NCBI GenBank assembly: GCA_000002445.1
Contig: CP000071.1
Location: 1,376,001 to 1,440,000, forward strand
Direction: 5' to 3'
Length of the DNA: 64,000 bases
From: Trypanosoma brucei
Taxonomy: Eukaryota
This document shows, piece by piece, positions 43,244-53,751 of this stretch (positions are counted from its first letter, which is position 1; every line of letters begins with the position of its first letter). Under the pieces are notes generated by a model. The model was not told where the DNA came from, did no database searches, and was given only the letters and a program-made list of their open reading frames with translations. The translations under genes were made by a program, and so were the position numbers.

Positions 43244-44482
43244 TCACGTCGTAGCGGTGTCGCGGTGCCTTTTTTTTTTTATTCCACGCACCCCACACTC
43301 AGCCTTAAGTTGCTCCACAAGTTCATCACACTCTCCCTGAAGCCGCCGTTCACGCTCCTCCTCGCACCCCAATCGTCCATATGCCGCTGACGACAGTGGA
43401 AGCGCTGAGCGCACGTTTGCCGTCCACTTCACCGTCTGCGTGGGTGGACACTGCCCGACACGGACACAAGCAGATCCCCACGTACTCCAACCATCGCTAG
43501 CGCGGGAAAAAAGTGAATTGCCTTTCTCCTTAGTCTGCAACACCTCTTCCACTCGAATATGCAAACGAGAACACGAAACGGAAACCCCTTGTCTCGGATT
43601 TTGCTGCGATTGAACTAGCTGAGGTTTCTTCAACCGCCTAAAGTTGGAGGAAAGCCAAAAGTTTGCAGCATCGTGTCTCCATGTTGCGATCGCGCCATCG
43701 TCCAAGTTGCGATCCCGTGATTGAAAAATGGCGGTGAGACCGTTCTCGTCTACATGAAGAGCAGCAATGAACAGGTCGCTCGGTGACTCACTCGTGTGCC
43801 CTTCTCCACTGTCTTCCGTCTCAGCGCTGGCAGCAGCTTCCGTATTCCATGCGTAACGCCGCATCCAAAATGGTTCTTCCCGCTGCAACAACGGTTCAAG
43901 GGGGCGATCGTTATCATACAAATCCACACGTGCCAACTGTGTGCCGCCGACGTAACACATAGTTTCATCAGGCGCAAGGGCTAGGCAACGTACAGGGAAA
44001 CCAACGCGTACTTCACAAAGAAGTGTGCAAGACGAAGTATCGAAAATAATGATGTGCCCCCCAACGCTGCATGTCGCCAGCCACGAACCGGTTGAGAAGA
44101 AGGCCATGCACGTTACCGCTAGCGTATGTCCATGCAGGCGGACCGCCCGCCCGTTCGTATTTGTAATCATACTACTGATCGGCTGGACGGCGGGTGTTGC
44201 GTCGTGCCCGGCAGAGGCAACAAGATACGCCGAGGAAGCAGCTAGGCAGTGGACCGGACCGTAGTGTAGAGCGCGGGCGTACACGCAATCACAGGTAATA
44301 TTTTCAGAGTCGGAAGGTGTAGCAGAGCCAATAAAAGCGTCACCGTCTGTATATGCAAAGGCCAACACACTCCCTGCGTCAGTGCCCACCACGACAGTGC
44401 AATTGACTGTCAACAAAGCGGTAACATAGGCACCTTCGTATAGACTAGCACCAAAGGCGTCTCCTACACCTAGCGTTGTCAT
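43244..44482 (-). CDS. WD40-repeat protein (412 aa)
   Basis: The track start is GTG, so I used the adjacent ATG at 44482..44480. WD-like blades are visible (LHGHTLAVTCMAFFSTGSWLATCSVGGHIIIFD, VHCLAASSAYLVASAGHD). The C-terminus is basic and coiled-coil-like. Confidence 0.7.
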   Translation of the reverse strand: MTTLGVGDAFGASLYEGAYVTALLTVNCTVVVGTDAGSVLAFAYTDGDAFIGSATPSDSENITCDCVYARALHYGPVHCLAASSAYLVASAGHDATPAVQPISSMITNTNGRAVRLHGHTLAVTCMAFFSTGSWLATCSVGGHIIIFDTSSCTLLCEVRVGFPVRCLALAPDETMCYVGGTQLARVDLYDNDRPLEPLLQREEPFWMRRYAWNTEAAASAETEDSGEGHTSESPSDLFIAALHVDENGLTAIFQSRDRNLDDGAIATWRHDAANFWLSSNFRRLKKPQLVQSQQNPRQGVSVSCSRLHIRVEEVLQTKEKGNSLFSRASDGWSTWGSACVRVGQCPPTQTVKWTANVRSALPLSSAAYGRLGCEEERERRLQGECDELVEQLKAECGVRGIKKKRHRDTATT

Positions 44483-44938
44483 CACTGCCGACCGGCCACA
44501 CTTTTCTTCCCCGTTCTCAATATTGTGATGAAAATAACGTTGGAAAGGATGTAGCAGAGGAAAAGGTTATACGCTAAAGAAATGTGAGGGACGTAAACGG
44601 AGAATAGTAAGGAATATACCAGGCAGAACAAGGCGACCAACCAACACGTCGCGTTACCTCGTGGGATTACCCTCTCCCCGGATGTTTAGTCGAGCACAAG
44701 CACCGCAGACGCTTTCCCTTTAGCACCGTTCACAACAAGAGAGGGCGTACCCGCTCCTCCGTCGCGCGTGTAAATATGCACAGTCTTAAGTAACGAAGAA
44801 AATGGAGAAAATGCGGACGATACTTTAATACTACTCAGTAAGCTCCACCACAGACGAAGGGAACGGCGTTTCACCCGCCCACCCACACGCACACACCTTG
44901 TTTCCGTTCAATCTTATTATTTAATCCCTTCCTTCTGT

Positions 44939-45772
44939 TCAATGTGCCTGCTCAGATGCCTGATGGCTCTTCATGTGGAGAAGCATATTACTCCCCCCTG
45001 GAAGGAAGGTTACGTTTCGCATTGGTATGAGCTTTGATGCTATGTCCACAGCCGCTTCAATTCTTCGCAGCTCCAACAGTCCCCCTCCCGAGCGTTGAAT
45101 GGCTTCCGAGATCAGGCGGGCAGACTCCGCCTCACCTTCGGCGCGAACAACAGCGGCACGCCTCTTTTGCTCATTCTCTAGCACAACGTAACGGAATCTC
45201 TCTGCCTCCTGCTGTGCAACCTGTTTCTGCTCTACAGCCACCATGAATTCCTTACCGAACTGAATATCCACAAGCGATAAGTCTTCCAGTACAAGGCCGA
45301 ATTGTGATACTTTGCTCTGCATCAGCTGGTATATGCGCGCGGACACGACGTCGCGCTTCTGAATCAGTTCCTCGGCCTTGTACTCGGCCACAACTGCTTT
45401 GAGAATTTCGTTGCTGATAGAAGGAAGAATACGTTCGTCATAATCCATGCCGAACTCACGGTATATCTGTGGCAACCGATCCGTCTGCGGACGGAAGAGT
45501 ACACGAAGACTTATGTTCACCATCTGAAGATCTTTTGTGCCGGTCATGGTCTTCAGCACACGAGGCCGAATGCGAATATTAAATACCTTGATTTCATCGA
45601 GCCCTAAGATACGGCACTGCAAACCCTCGCCATACACGGAGTCCTTCAGACCAGTGATCCTATTGTAGAGAATGGCAGCTTCACCAGGATATACGACAAA
45701 GCAGCAGCTGTAGAATCCAGCAGAGGCAGCTGTAACTCCAAGCATAAACCGCTGGACAAATCTGAAGCTCAT
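44939..45772 (-). CDS. PHB1: prohibitin (band-7/SPFH family, 277 aa)
   Basis: The protein starts at an ATG (45772). It shows a prohibitin-type core (TGTKDLQMVNISLRVLFRP, DYDERILPSISNEILKAVVAEYKAEELIQKRDVVS, FGKEFMVAVEQKQVAQQEAERFRYVV) and a C-terminal coiled coil. Confidence 0.85.
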   Translation of the reverse strand: MSFRFVQRFMLGVTAASAGFYSCCFVVYPGEAAILYNRITGLKDSVYGEGLQCRILGLDEIKVFNIRIRPRVLKTMTGTKDLQMVNISLRVLFRPQTDRLPQIYREFGMDYDERILPSISNEILKAVVAEYKAEELIQKRDVVSARIYQLMQSKVSQFGLVLEDLSLVDIQFGKEFMVAVEQKQVAQQEAERFRYVVLENEQKRRAAVVRAEGEAESARLISEAIQRSGGGLLELRRIEAAVDIASKLIPMRNVTFLPGGSNMLLHMKSHQASEQAH

Positions 45773-46339
45773 AATTCCCTCTTATGTAAGTGCCTCTTTC
45801 TCTTAGCTCTTAACTAACGAATGTACATGGCCAAAAAGGTGAAAAGGCATTCGCGGGAGTGCATGAGGCGGAACCACAGCAAAGTTGCAGCTTAAACATT
45901 AGAGACACTTCTTTACCACATGCACGTACACGAGACAACATTAACATTGTTTCCCTCCTATCCTAAAGCAAAAGTGGATTCCGCAGAAACGTTCACACCA
46001 ACGCGTCAACGTGACCACATAGGCCACATCAAATTTGCTTAGCGACAGGTCACACGACCGCACTCCCCTGTACCTAGCGGGCCATCGCTTACACACTCTG
46101 TTTCCCCTGCTTATTTGCGTTCGACTTATTCTCTCTTGTCCCGACGTCGTTTACGTTATCGCGCACTGGTGTTATTTAAACTTTGTCTCTTCCTTATGCA
46201 TTAGTGAAAGCAGGTGAATTACTCTCCTCCATCTTTAATCGCGCTGCGGCCCCTTCACCCACTCTGACGGCGAGACGCCACCAGAGGTGCTGCCAACAAC
46301 GAACTTCACCCTTCTTACGCTGTTCCCTATCCGCTCACA

Positions 46340-48208
46340 TCAAGTCAAGGTCCCCTTCCCAACTGTAGCCTTCCTGAAAGCATCTTTTACTTCAGCGTCA
46401 ACCTCTCCTCCGGGAGTCCCAAGCCACTCATGCAGTGTTGCGTCGTCCACGAGACCGTTAGCATGCAATGAGGAAATGATGTGCCCGGTAATCTGTGCCC
46501 TCCCAAGTTTCGTCATTGTTACCAACGACTGCACCACAGGCAATGAAAATATGGCATCCTCTTTCTTCTCAGGAGGAGGTATTTTGCCCCAGAACTCCAT
46601 CAAAGTGCTGAGAGACATTTCATCTGGGTCACGCAGCATACCATACGCCGTGCATAGAACTCGCACCGCGTCGTAGTACACATCCGTCTTCACATCGTCG
46701 CCAGAAGTGAACCTCAGCATGTTGGCGAAGCGTTCGCTAAACTTCGGTACATCCTCAAGTATTCCCTCTTCAATGGCTGAGGAAAGAGCGGCGGCAAACC
46801 CGTTAAACACCTGATCATCCTCCAAAAACAGGCCGATAACCATAAGTCTGCTGGCTTCACACTGAGCATCCTTCCTCGTCGTCATACAGGCCTCCCGCAC
46901 CACCTGGGCCGCCACTGCCGTGGGAAGGTCCATGTCAGGTATCGGTCGGGCCCCACAATCACGGAATTCCTCCTGCCAATTGGGCAGGCACCCGGTTCTG
47001 TAGCCACTTAGCCACTCCTGAAAAAGCGAACGTACACGTTCCTCAAAAGCCACAGACTCCGTAACGGTCATCTCGTGATCATCACACGCCACTATCTCCG
47101 ACTTCACAACATCTCGCCAAGCACGCGACTTCAATCCCTCTCGCGCATCTTTTCCCACCGTTGAAGCCGCTGCTCGCTGGCCCAGTGCAGAGTCACACGG
47201 ACCCGCACCCTTCCCTTTCTTCGATCCGCTACTGCTTGCGTTACTCGAGTTCGGCGTCGTTGAGGAACGCACAGCCCTGTCAGAGGCACGAGGTGGTTCT
47301 TTCTGTGTCGCAGCGGACGTTTTCGGCATTACAGTCTCGCGCGACTCCCAGTTACGATCACGCCGTAACTCTATGAGGTCCAACATTTTGAAGCATATGC
47401 GAGGAGGGTAAATCTTCTGGTCTTTTAGGCCCTCCAGAACCTTAAAATAGGCATCCAATTTCGGTCGGAGTTCAGCGATGGAGTCAAGGCTCTTGCCAAC
47501 AATAGTGAAGAGCACCGTGAGAAACTCGAGGTCTTCGCTCGCCGGGTAACCCCCTTTTTCAGGTTGCATAATGATGTTGATAATATCCATCATTGTACTG
47601 TGTGAAAGAACTTTGTGCAGGAAGAGCTCTCCAATGAATCGCATGTTTGCTACCTTGCGTCTCATGAAGGACGACCTTTGCTGCTCCACCTCCTCTTCAG
47701 AGAGTCCCTCCGATGAAGGAACATTCCGGCGGTTTTGAAACTCCGTCTGCGCGATCCCGACAACGGCATTGCGCAACTTTGACAGTCTCTTGCCCTCCTT
47801 CTGTTTCTGTACGACGTTGAGACTTACTTCATATTCCGCAAGCTTGTAGCACAGACCTGCATAGACGTTACTGTTTTCAGGCTCCCCTAGCGCTTTATTA
47901 AAGATAATCGAAACCGTCTTCTTAAGCATCTCATCTGAAGAAAATATGGTATTTGTCTGAAGTTGCGAGACTATCTCGTTGAAATTAGCCGCACTCAGCT
48001 TATTTAATGACCCGTAGACGAGGCGCTCGACCCACTCAGCTGTGGTTTTTGCCGATCCACGCGCGGCCCATGCGTTGGGTCCACGCACCAGTTTCGTCTG
48101 TGTTTGCTTCTTTCTGCGGCAAGCCTCCTCAAGTGAAAAGCCGGGGTACGGTGGCTCCGGGTAGAGCGACCGCAGTTCGAGAATTTGGTCGATGGTGTAG
48201 ACGTGCAT
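46340..48208 (-). CDS. EIF4G5: MIF4G-domain protein, eIF4G-like translation initiation factor (622 aa)
   Basis: The N-terminus carries a YTIDQILELR segment, reminiscent of an eIF4E-binding motif. The central region has HEAT/MIF4G-like helical repeats (FNEIVSQL...VYAGLCYKLA...FIGELFLHKVL...). The symbol is from recollection of trypanosome gene order, next to PHB1, and is not verified. Confidence 0.6.
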   Translation of the reverse strand: MHVYTIDQILELRSLYPEPPYPGFSLEEACRRKKQTQTKLVRGPNAWAARGSAKTTAEWVERLVYGSLNKLSAANFNEIVSQLQTNTIFSSDEMLKKTVSIIFNKALGEPENSNVYAGLCYKLAEYEVSLNVVQKQKEGKRLSKLRNAVVGIAQTEFQNRRNVPSSEGLSEEEVEQQRSSFMRRKVANMRFIGELFLHKVLSHSTMMDIINIIMQPEKGGYPASEDLEFLTVLFTIVGKSLDSIAELRPKLDAYFKVLEGLKDQKIYPPRICFKMLDLIELRRDRNWESRETVMPKTSAATQKEPPRASDRAVRSSTTPNSSNASSSGSKKGKGAGPCDSALGQRAAASTVGKDAREGLKSRAWRDVVKSEIVACDDHEMTVTESVAFEERVRSLFQEWLSGYRTGCLPNWQEEFRDCGARPIPDMDLPTAVAAQVVREACMTTRKDAQCEASRLMVIGLFLEDDQVFNGFAAALSSAIEEGILEDVPKFSERFANMLRFTSGDDVKTDVYYDAVRVLCTAYGMLRDPDEMSLSTLMEFWGKIPPPEKKEDAIFSLPVVQSLVTMTKLGRAQITGHIISSLHANGLVDDATLHEWLGTPGGEVDAEVKDAFRKATVGKGTLT

Positions 48209-48809
48209 TGATCACCAGCTTCTCCAACCTTTCCTTCGACGTTATCGGAGATGGTCCTCACTCCCGCTCTGGCGTACTCCCCTCCCCACCCTCTAACACC
48301 CAAAGCCTGCCGGCTCCACAAACGCCGGTGCTGAGGCACCCTCAAACACACCCAACTCTGTTTAATAGAGCCGGTGGCGGGTCTCTCTGTCAATAAGGTG
48401 TAAAGTAGTGAGGGAAAAAATATATACACACGTACTACTCTGGTTCGCTGTAACCTCCTTTTTGACCCGTAAATAGGCTAAAAAGAAACAAAGCATAGGT
48501 TGGGGCGTAGGCGAATAAGCAAAGTTAACTCGAAGGGTGGAAACACACAAAGGTTTAAAATAACCAAGAAATTCTGTAATACAGGAATGTTGTTGTCTCC
48601 GGAGCTTTCTTGTGAGTGCTGCCAAACAGTTAGCGCCGTAGTGGCACATACACACACAGACAAAATAGTTACTGTGACGTGGTATTCAAACCATCGGCAT
48701 ATGGAAGGAACACAAATGCTAACTGGCAAGCACGTGTGTCCAATACCAGTGTATGTGGTAAAGATGAACAAAAGGTTGTAGGAGGGAGGGAAACGGCAGC
48801 ACCGAGGGA

Positions 48810-49646
48810 TCACGTAATACTCATGATATCATCCAGAAGGATGTCCACATCATCACGGTGTCTCAGTTCACCTCCCGATGGCTCCAGCTTAGTTGGAGCC
48901 TCCCTTGATCGATCTTGTTGCCGTTCGGTCTCATTGCGCTGGCGCTTGCCAATTGGCGTGTCTCCAGACGGCAAAACGGGGGAATTGATCGACGTTCCCT
49001 GCAATTTCACAGCTTTTGCAATGCGTTTCGGCAGAAACTCAGGTTCCTGCCGCCCTCGCTCCACGTCGATCACAACACTCCGACCGTGAAGCCGCCTCTT
49101 TCCACTACTTGCAACTGCTCTCTGCACATCCGCCTCCCGTCCAAACTGCACAAAGCCATACCGTCGGCTGTGACCATTACGGTCAAAAATTAGACGAGTG
49201 CTGACCACACGACCAAACTGCTCGCTGAAGATGCGGATGTCCTCCTCCACCGTTTTGGCGTGCAACCCCGACATCACAACTGTGCACCGCGGGTCCGAGC
49301 ATATATTCAAATCTGTATACGGATTGCGGCGATTCATCTCCGACTTCATCTGCTCCAACCAGGCCGAACGCTTAGGGTCAGATTTCTCTGCTGCTGCAAC
49401 GGGCCACGCATTCATTGACGACGACGAAACCACAGGCGGTCGCTCAGCGGCAACAAGCTCCAGTGCCCGCTTGTGAAATATATGGACCGGACTCGAAGCT
49501 ATTGGCTCACGACGTCGGCGGCACTGGGGGACAAACGGTGGGGGTGGCCTGCTCTGAAAAAAAGCCGCCTTCCATCGCATGTGCTCCTCGACCCTCCGCT
49601 GGGCGTTTTTTTTGTGGACCAGGTCTTCCTCACCAGGGGTCTGCAT
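48810..49646 (-). CDS. U1-70K: RRM-containing protein, U1 snRNP 70K-like (278 aa)
   Basis: A single RRM is present (CTVVMSGLHAKTVEEDIRIFSEQFGRVVSTRLIFDRNGHSRRYGFVQF). RGRSVVIDVERGRQEPEFLPKR immediately after the RRM matches the U1-70K signature. The C-terminus is R/D/E-rich. Confidence 0.6.
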   Translation of the reverse strand: MQTPGEEDLVHKKNAQRRVEEHMRWKAAFFQSRPPPPFVPQCRRRREPIASSPVHIFHKRALELVAAERPPVVSSSSMNAWPVAAAEKSDPKRSAWLEQMKSEMNRRNPYTDLNICSDPRCTVVMSGLHAKTVEEDIRIFSEQFGRVVSTRLIFDRNGHSRRYGFVQFGREADVQRAVASSGKRRLHGRSVVIDVERGRQEPEFLPKRIAKAVKLQGTSINSPVLPSGDTPIGKRQRNETERQQDRSREAPTKLEPSGGELRHRDDVDILLDDIMSIT

Positions 49647-50399
49647 CTAATAGTTAATGGTGTCAAAAGATAGAAGAGAGCACAGAGGGGTGGTGAAAAC
49701 ATACCAGCAGAGAAATAAGGTTAAGGAATTCAACGTTGAGTGACTATCTTCGAGAGTCAAGCGAAAGTATATGTTACAACATTGCTGACCAAAAGTTAAT
49801 TTCCCGGAAAAAAAAATGATTTACCTGGGCAAGTTGTGTCCCTTTTTCCCCTCCCTTTATCCAATCAAATCCCCTCATTCTGTTTAAGAACAGGAGAAGC
49901 AAATCCCCGCGGGGATGGGGAATCGGACTATCTCGACCGAGGTCACTCGCTAACCACTCTAGTAACATATAATATTTTTTTCGTACCACACCGTTATGCG
50001 TTACTGAGACGGGAGAACATGCGGAGTTTTCTTTCAATCACTACTCGTGTGATGGAGAGCAAACGTAAATGAGCACAATATTTAATAGCAAAATTACTGC
50101 AAACGATTTTTGGACAACGCCAAAGGCAAGAAGAAAGCGTTCAAAAGGAAAAAATCAAAAAACAAGACAAGAGACTAAATTAAGGGTGCAGGTAATTCAA
50201 AAATATCCAGTGGTGAGTCCACCTCGTATACACGCTCACCGTTCTACTAGCGACATTTGGGGAGCTTTTATTTCTATGGACGAAGACGCATCGACCACAG
50301 CGCCCGACGCAACACAGCAGAGCCTATTGTGGAATGTAAAATTAGCAATAAACACTGATATTAAGTGAAGGAGAAGTGCAAATTAAAAGAAGATATTTT

Positions 50400-53300
50400 T
50401 CAATAGGGTCCCAAAGTCGATGCGCTCCTCAATGAGAGGTGACGCGTTGAGGTCCGAGAGGGTGTCGTCGCAGCTGTCGTGGATGTTTGCGGAACACTAT
50501 TTGTCCCCTCGGCAGCGCCAACGTAGCAATTGAGCACCGGAAGAGGGTTCACGACAAGACCCTCGTCGCGGAAATGCAGCCACATCGCGGAAGATCTAAA
50601 TATATCCAAGCGTACAAGAACGCGAAGTTCTCCTGGCGTCAAACGGACCCCTTTACTCCGTTGACGACTTAGTAGTTGCTCTCTCGTCTCCGCATACACG
50701 GCTAAAGGTACATGCCACTCTCTACAAAAGTTCACACCACGGTCCCCAATTCGGAAAGCCATCCCGTCATCACTTATTCCCATTGGTAATTCGAAACGAG
50801 GCCACAGACCTGTGACATGACTAAGGCCAATCACCCATGCCTCGAATTCAGGTGGAGAGTCACACACAAAATCTACTCGTTCTTCTCTCCCGTACGAGTC
50901 CTTTTCGTGCTGTGTGTGAATAACACCCCAACTGGTGTAACACACACCCCCAACAGAGTCTTCTTTGACGCGCCCCAACAGAATACTTGTTATCAAACAA
51001 AGCGGGAAGGAGCCCTCCTTCCCTAGAGAGCCAACAACCGACCAGCACAAGCGGGGTTCTCTAGACTTGACATCTACATAAATAAGTCGACTGTGGCATG
51101 TACCATCACTGTTAAACTTTCTGACTTTACCCCCCATCTTCATGAAAGAAGCAACGTCATCCAAAAACTCGGGGTCATCATACTTTGTCTGGTGGACCCC
51201 CTTCTCCTTTTTGCGGGAACGGGTGTTTGCCCCAATATCAGCATCCACGCGCATCCAGTACGGGAACGGTTGGGCCGCTAACTCCTTTCCCTTAGGTGTC
51301 CACGGTCCCAGCACTGAGCGTAATACTTCACGGTAATTCCTGCCACCCCCTTCGTTAAAATGCGTGGTCGCGCTATCTGTCACAGCACGGGCCATGCTGA
51401 GCCTCCACATCTCCAGCACCTCTTCATTTTGCGACTGGTACCGATCCTGCTCTTCTTCTAGTAGAGTCGAAAGTTGTTTGTTCCTGTACATTAAGTTACA
51501 CATTGTGAGACACGTTGTTGCTAATTCAGCTGCCTCTCCCACATCAGACGAAATTTCAGACAATTCATCTTCTCCCTCCTCGTCGTCCCATTCTCCCCCC
51601 AGTTCCCAATGAGTCGACTCTTCACCAGAGTAATCGTTGTAAGCACCGCCGTTGTGACCTCCATTGAGGTGGGCCTCACTATACTCTAATCCGGTGATCA
51701 CGTTGTCTGTCTTTTCAATGTCCGTCGCAACGAGTTTACAACGCTGATGGAGCTGACGGCGCATGGAGCGAGTATCTCTATAGTCGGTAGCTTCCTTCAC
51801 AAGTCTCCTTTCCCACGCCTGCCACTCGTCTGTAGTCAATGGGCCATCATCCGCTGAGGCCGTCTCTAAGCGCGAGTGAAGCTCCATGTACCCATTTTTC
51901 CACTCCTCAACCATTTCGTCACACAGCTCGCGCCGCAATTCCTCTTGTCGCTCCTCCTCGTTTGCAGTCTCCTTCTCTGACGCGACAGCTTTCAGTGCAT
52001 CACATAGGGTAAACATACCAATATATCGTGCATCAGAGTCCCTGAGGCGTATATTGAAGGCCGTGTCGTACAGAAGATTGTTTCTATCTGCTGCCACATG
52101 CTTTATGACCTCTGGGGGGGAAAAGCTGTGCTTTTCCCGAGCGATGGCCAAATCTGCAGATAACTCCGCAAAGCACCGAACTGACGAGTGGAAACTCCCT
52201 GCTTTTGGCGAATCGAGGTCATTATTTGTGTTGCGGATAGCGGTGGAAGATACCTTGAGCTCTTTCACTTTGTTGGCGAAGTGAAGAGACGAAACCGTCT
52301 CATCGAATGTAAGCACAGTTGGGCTCACCGTTACGATTAGAACGACGTGAGAATTTGGGGCGGCGAAAGTGTCGCGAAGAACGGTTGTGAGCTTTGTGTT
52401 GCGATACGGGATGTGCGCCGCGCCCTCATACAGGGCATGCACAACACTTCCTAATGCAGTCAGTGACGAGTTAATTTTTTTAAGCTCGTCAAAACCAATA
52501 CTATTCACCTTGACGTTTCCCGGCTTCTCACTTCCCGCAAGATCTACCAATGACAACTTACTGTACATTACGGGAGCATTGGCATCGCCAAGTAGGTCGT
52601 TCGAAGCGTCAGCAAACAACGCATGTGTGTGCGATATGGGTCTCGTTCCCGGGGGGCACACCTGAGACGCTTCCTTCAAAGCTAAGCACTGTGGTAGAGT
52701 CAACGGTTTGGTGCTCACAGTTGTTATAGGCTGTTGGTACACCTCGATATTAAAAATTGCATGGGAACGGGACGATTTGTCGTTTCCGAAGGTCATTCGT
52801 TGCATACGTTTGGCCGATGCCTCCTGGTACACCCGCAGTGCATCGTCAAGCTCAAGGATCGGCACGTACTCAAGATTCGAAAAGAGAACGTGGTCCTTTG
52901 TGACAGCCATCTGCACAACCGCGGGGGACTCGCCAGCACTCAACAAATCTCTCACTTCTTCCAGGTAAATTTCAAGAGCGGAAATTCCAACAACAGTATG
53001 CGATGAATTTCTGCGCAAAGATGCGTAGTTCAGTATATCTTGAAGAGAGCGGAGGAGGACACCCGACTCACTTGTAATGAGTTCTCCATTTGCTGCCTCA
53101 GGATTTGTCACTCCAAGAATTGTATATGTCTTCCCACTCCCAGTTTGGCCGTATGTTAACAGCGACGAGTTGGTACCGCTTACCACGTTTTCTACCGCAG
53201 ACAAAGCGAGCGCCTCGTATACCTCCTCCTGCGTCGCATCTTCATCAAACACGCAATCGTACGCAAAGTGAACCGTGCGTCCATTCCCCACTGAGCAACC

Positions 53301-53444
53301 ATCACTTACCCGCAGTGTGGTGTCAGAAAGCACCGCGCAGGCTTTCTTCTGTTGGAACTCTGACACGTGCTGCGGATTCGCTGCTCCCTTCACCAGGGGC
53401 CGCACTCGCACACCAACACTAACCAAAGCGGAACTATTTACCAT
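50400..53444 (-). CDS. kinesin motor protein (1,014 aa) with an N-terminal motor and a C-terminal PH-like domain
   Basis: The track start is GTG, so I used the ATG at 53444 (MVNSSALVSVGVRVRPL). Motor motifs are present: GQTGSGKTYT (P-loop), SSRSHAIF (switch I) and LVDLAGSE (switch II). The C-terminal ~120 aa (MKMGGKVRKFNSDG...RLCWS...EFEAWVIGLSHV) has a PH-fold pattern with a terminal Trp helix. Confidence 0.85.
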   Translation of the reverse strand: MVNSSALVSVGVRVRPLVKGAANPQHVSEFQQKKACAVLSDTTLRVSDGCSVGNGRTVHFAYDCVFDEDATQEEVYEALALSAVENVVSGTNSSLLTYGQTGSGKTYTILGVTNPEAANGELITSESGVLLRSLQDILNYASLRRNSSHTVVGISALEIYLEEVRDLLSAGESPAVVQMAVTKDHVLFSNLEYVPILELDDALRVYQEASAKRMQRMTFGNDKSSRSHAIFNIEVYQQPITTVSTKPLTLPQCLALKEASQVCPPGTRPISHTHALFADASNDLLGDANAPVMYSKLSLVDLAGSEKPGNVKVNSIGFDELKKINSSLTALGSVVHALYEGAAHIPYRNTKLTTVLRDTFAAPNSHVVLIVTVSPTVLTFDETVSSLHFANKVKELKVSSTAIRNTNNDLDSPKAGSFHSSVRCFAELSADLAIAREKHSFSPPEVIKHVAADRNNLLYDTAFNIRLRDSDARYIGMFTLCDALKAVASEKETANEEERQEELRRELCDEMVEEWKNGYMELHSRLETASADDGPLTTDEWQAWERRLVKEATDYRDTRSMRRQLHQRCKLVATDIEKTDNVITGLEYSEAHLNGGHNGGAYNDYSGEESTHWELGGEWDDEEGEDELSEISSDVGEAAELATTCLTMCNLMYRNKQLSTLLEEEQDRYQSQNEEVLEMWRLSMARAVTDSATTHFNEGGGRNYREVLRSVLGPWTPKGKELAAQPFPYWMRVDADIGANTRSRKKEKGVHQTKYDDPEFLDDVASFMKMGGKVRKFNSDGTCHSRLIYVDVKSREPRLCWSVVGSLGKEGSFPLCLITSILLGRVKEDSVGGVCYTSWGVIHTQHEKDSYGREERVDFVCDSPPEFEAWVIGLSHVTGLWPRFELPMGISDDGMAFRIGDRGVNFCREWHVPLAVYAETREQLLSRQRSKGVRLTPGELRVLVRLDIFRSSAMWLHFRDEGLVVNPLPVLNCYVGAAEGTNSVPQTSTTAATTPSRTSTRHLSLRSASTLGPY

Positions 53445-53751
53445 AGCCTCCTTGGTGATTAGCACGCTGCAAGGCAGACGTCAAACCACTGGAAGTACAG
53501 GTGAGACAGGTGGGAGTGAGAAGGACAAAAGTGGTAACCACAAGCATTAGCTGCCACAAAGGTGGTCAGAATGAGAGAAAGTCTTCAGGTGGCGACAAAA
53601 ACAAGAATTAAAAAAAAAGTGGCGTGAGGGGTGTTACTGAGTAAATCTTTTTTTTTAAAGCAAAGTTCGATCCGGTTTCAACGAAACTTATCGGCAACTG
53701 CATGCCCATGTAACACGAGAAACTAAAAGGAAATACCAAAACCGAGCGGCA

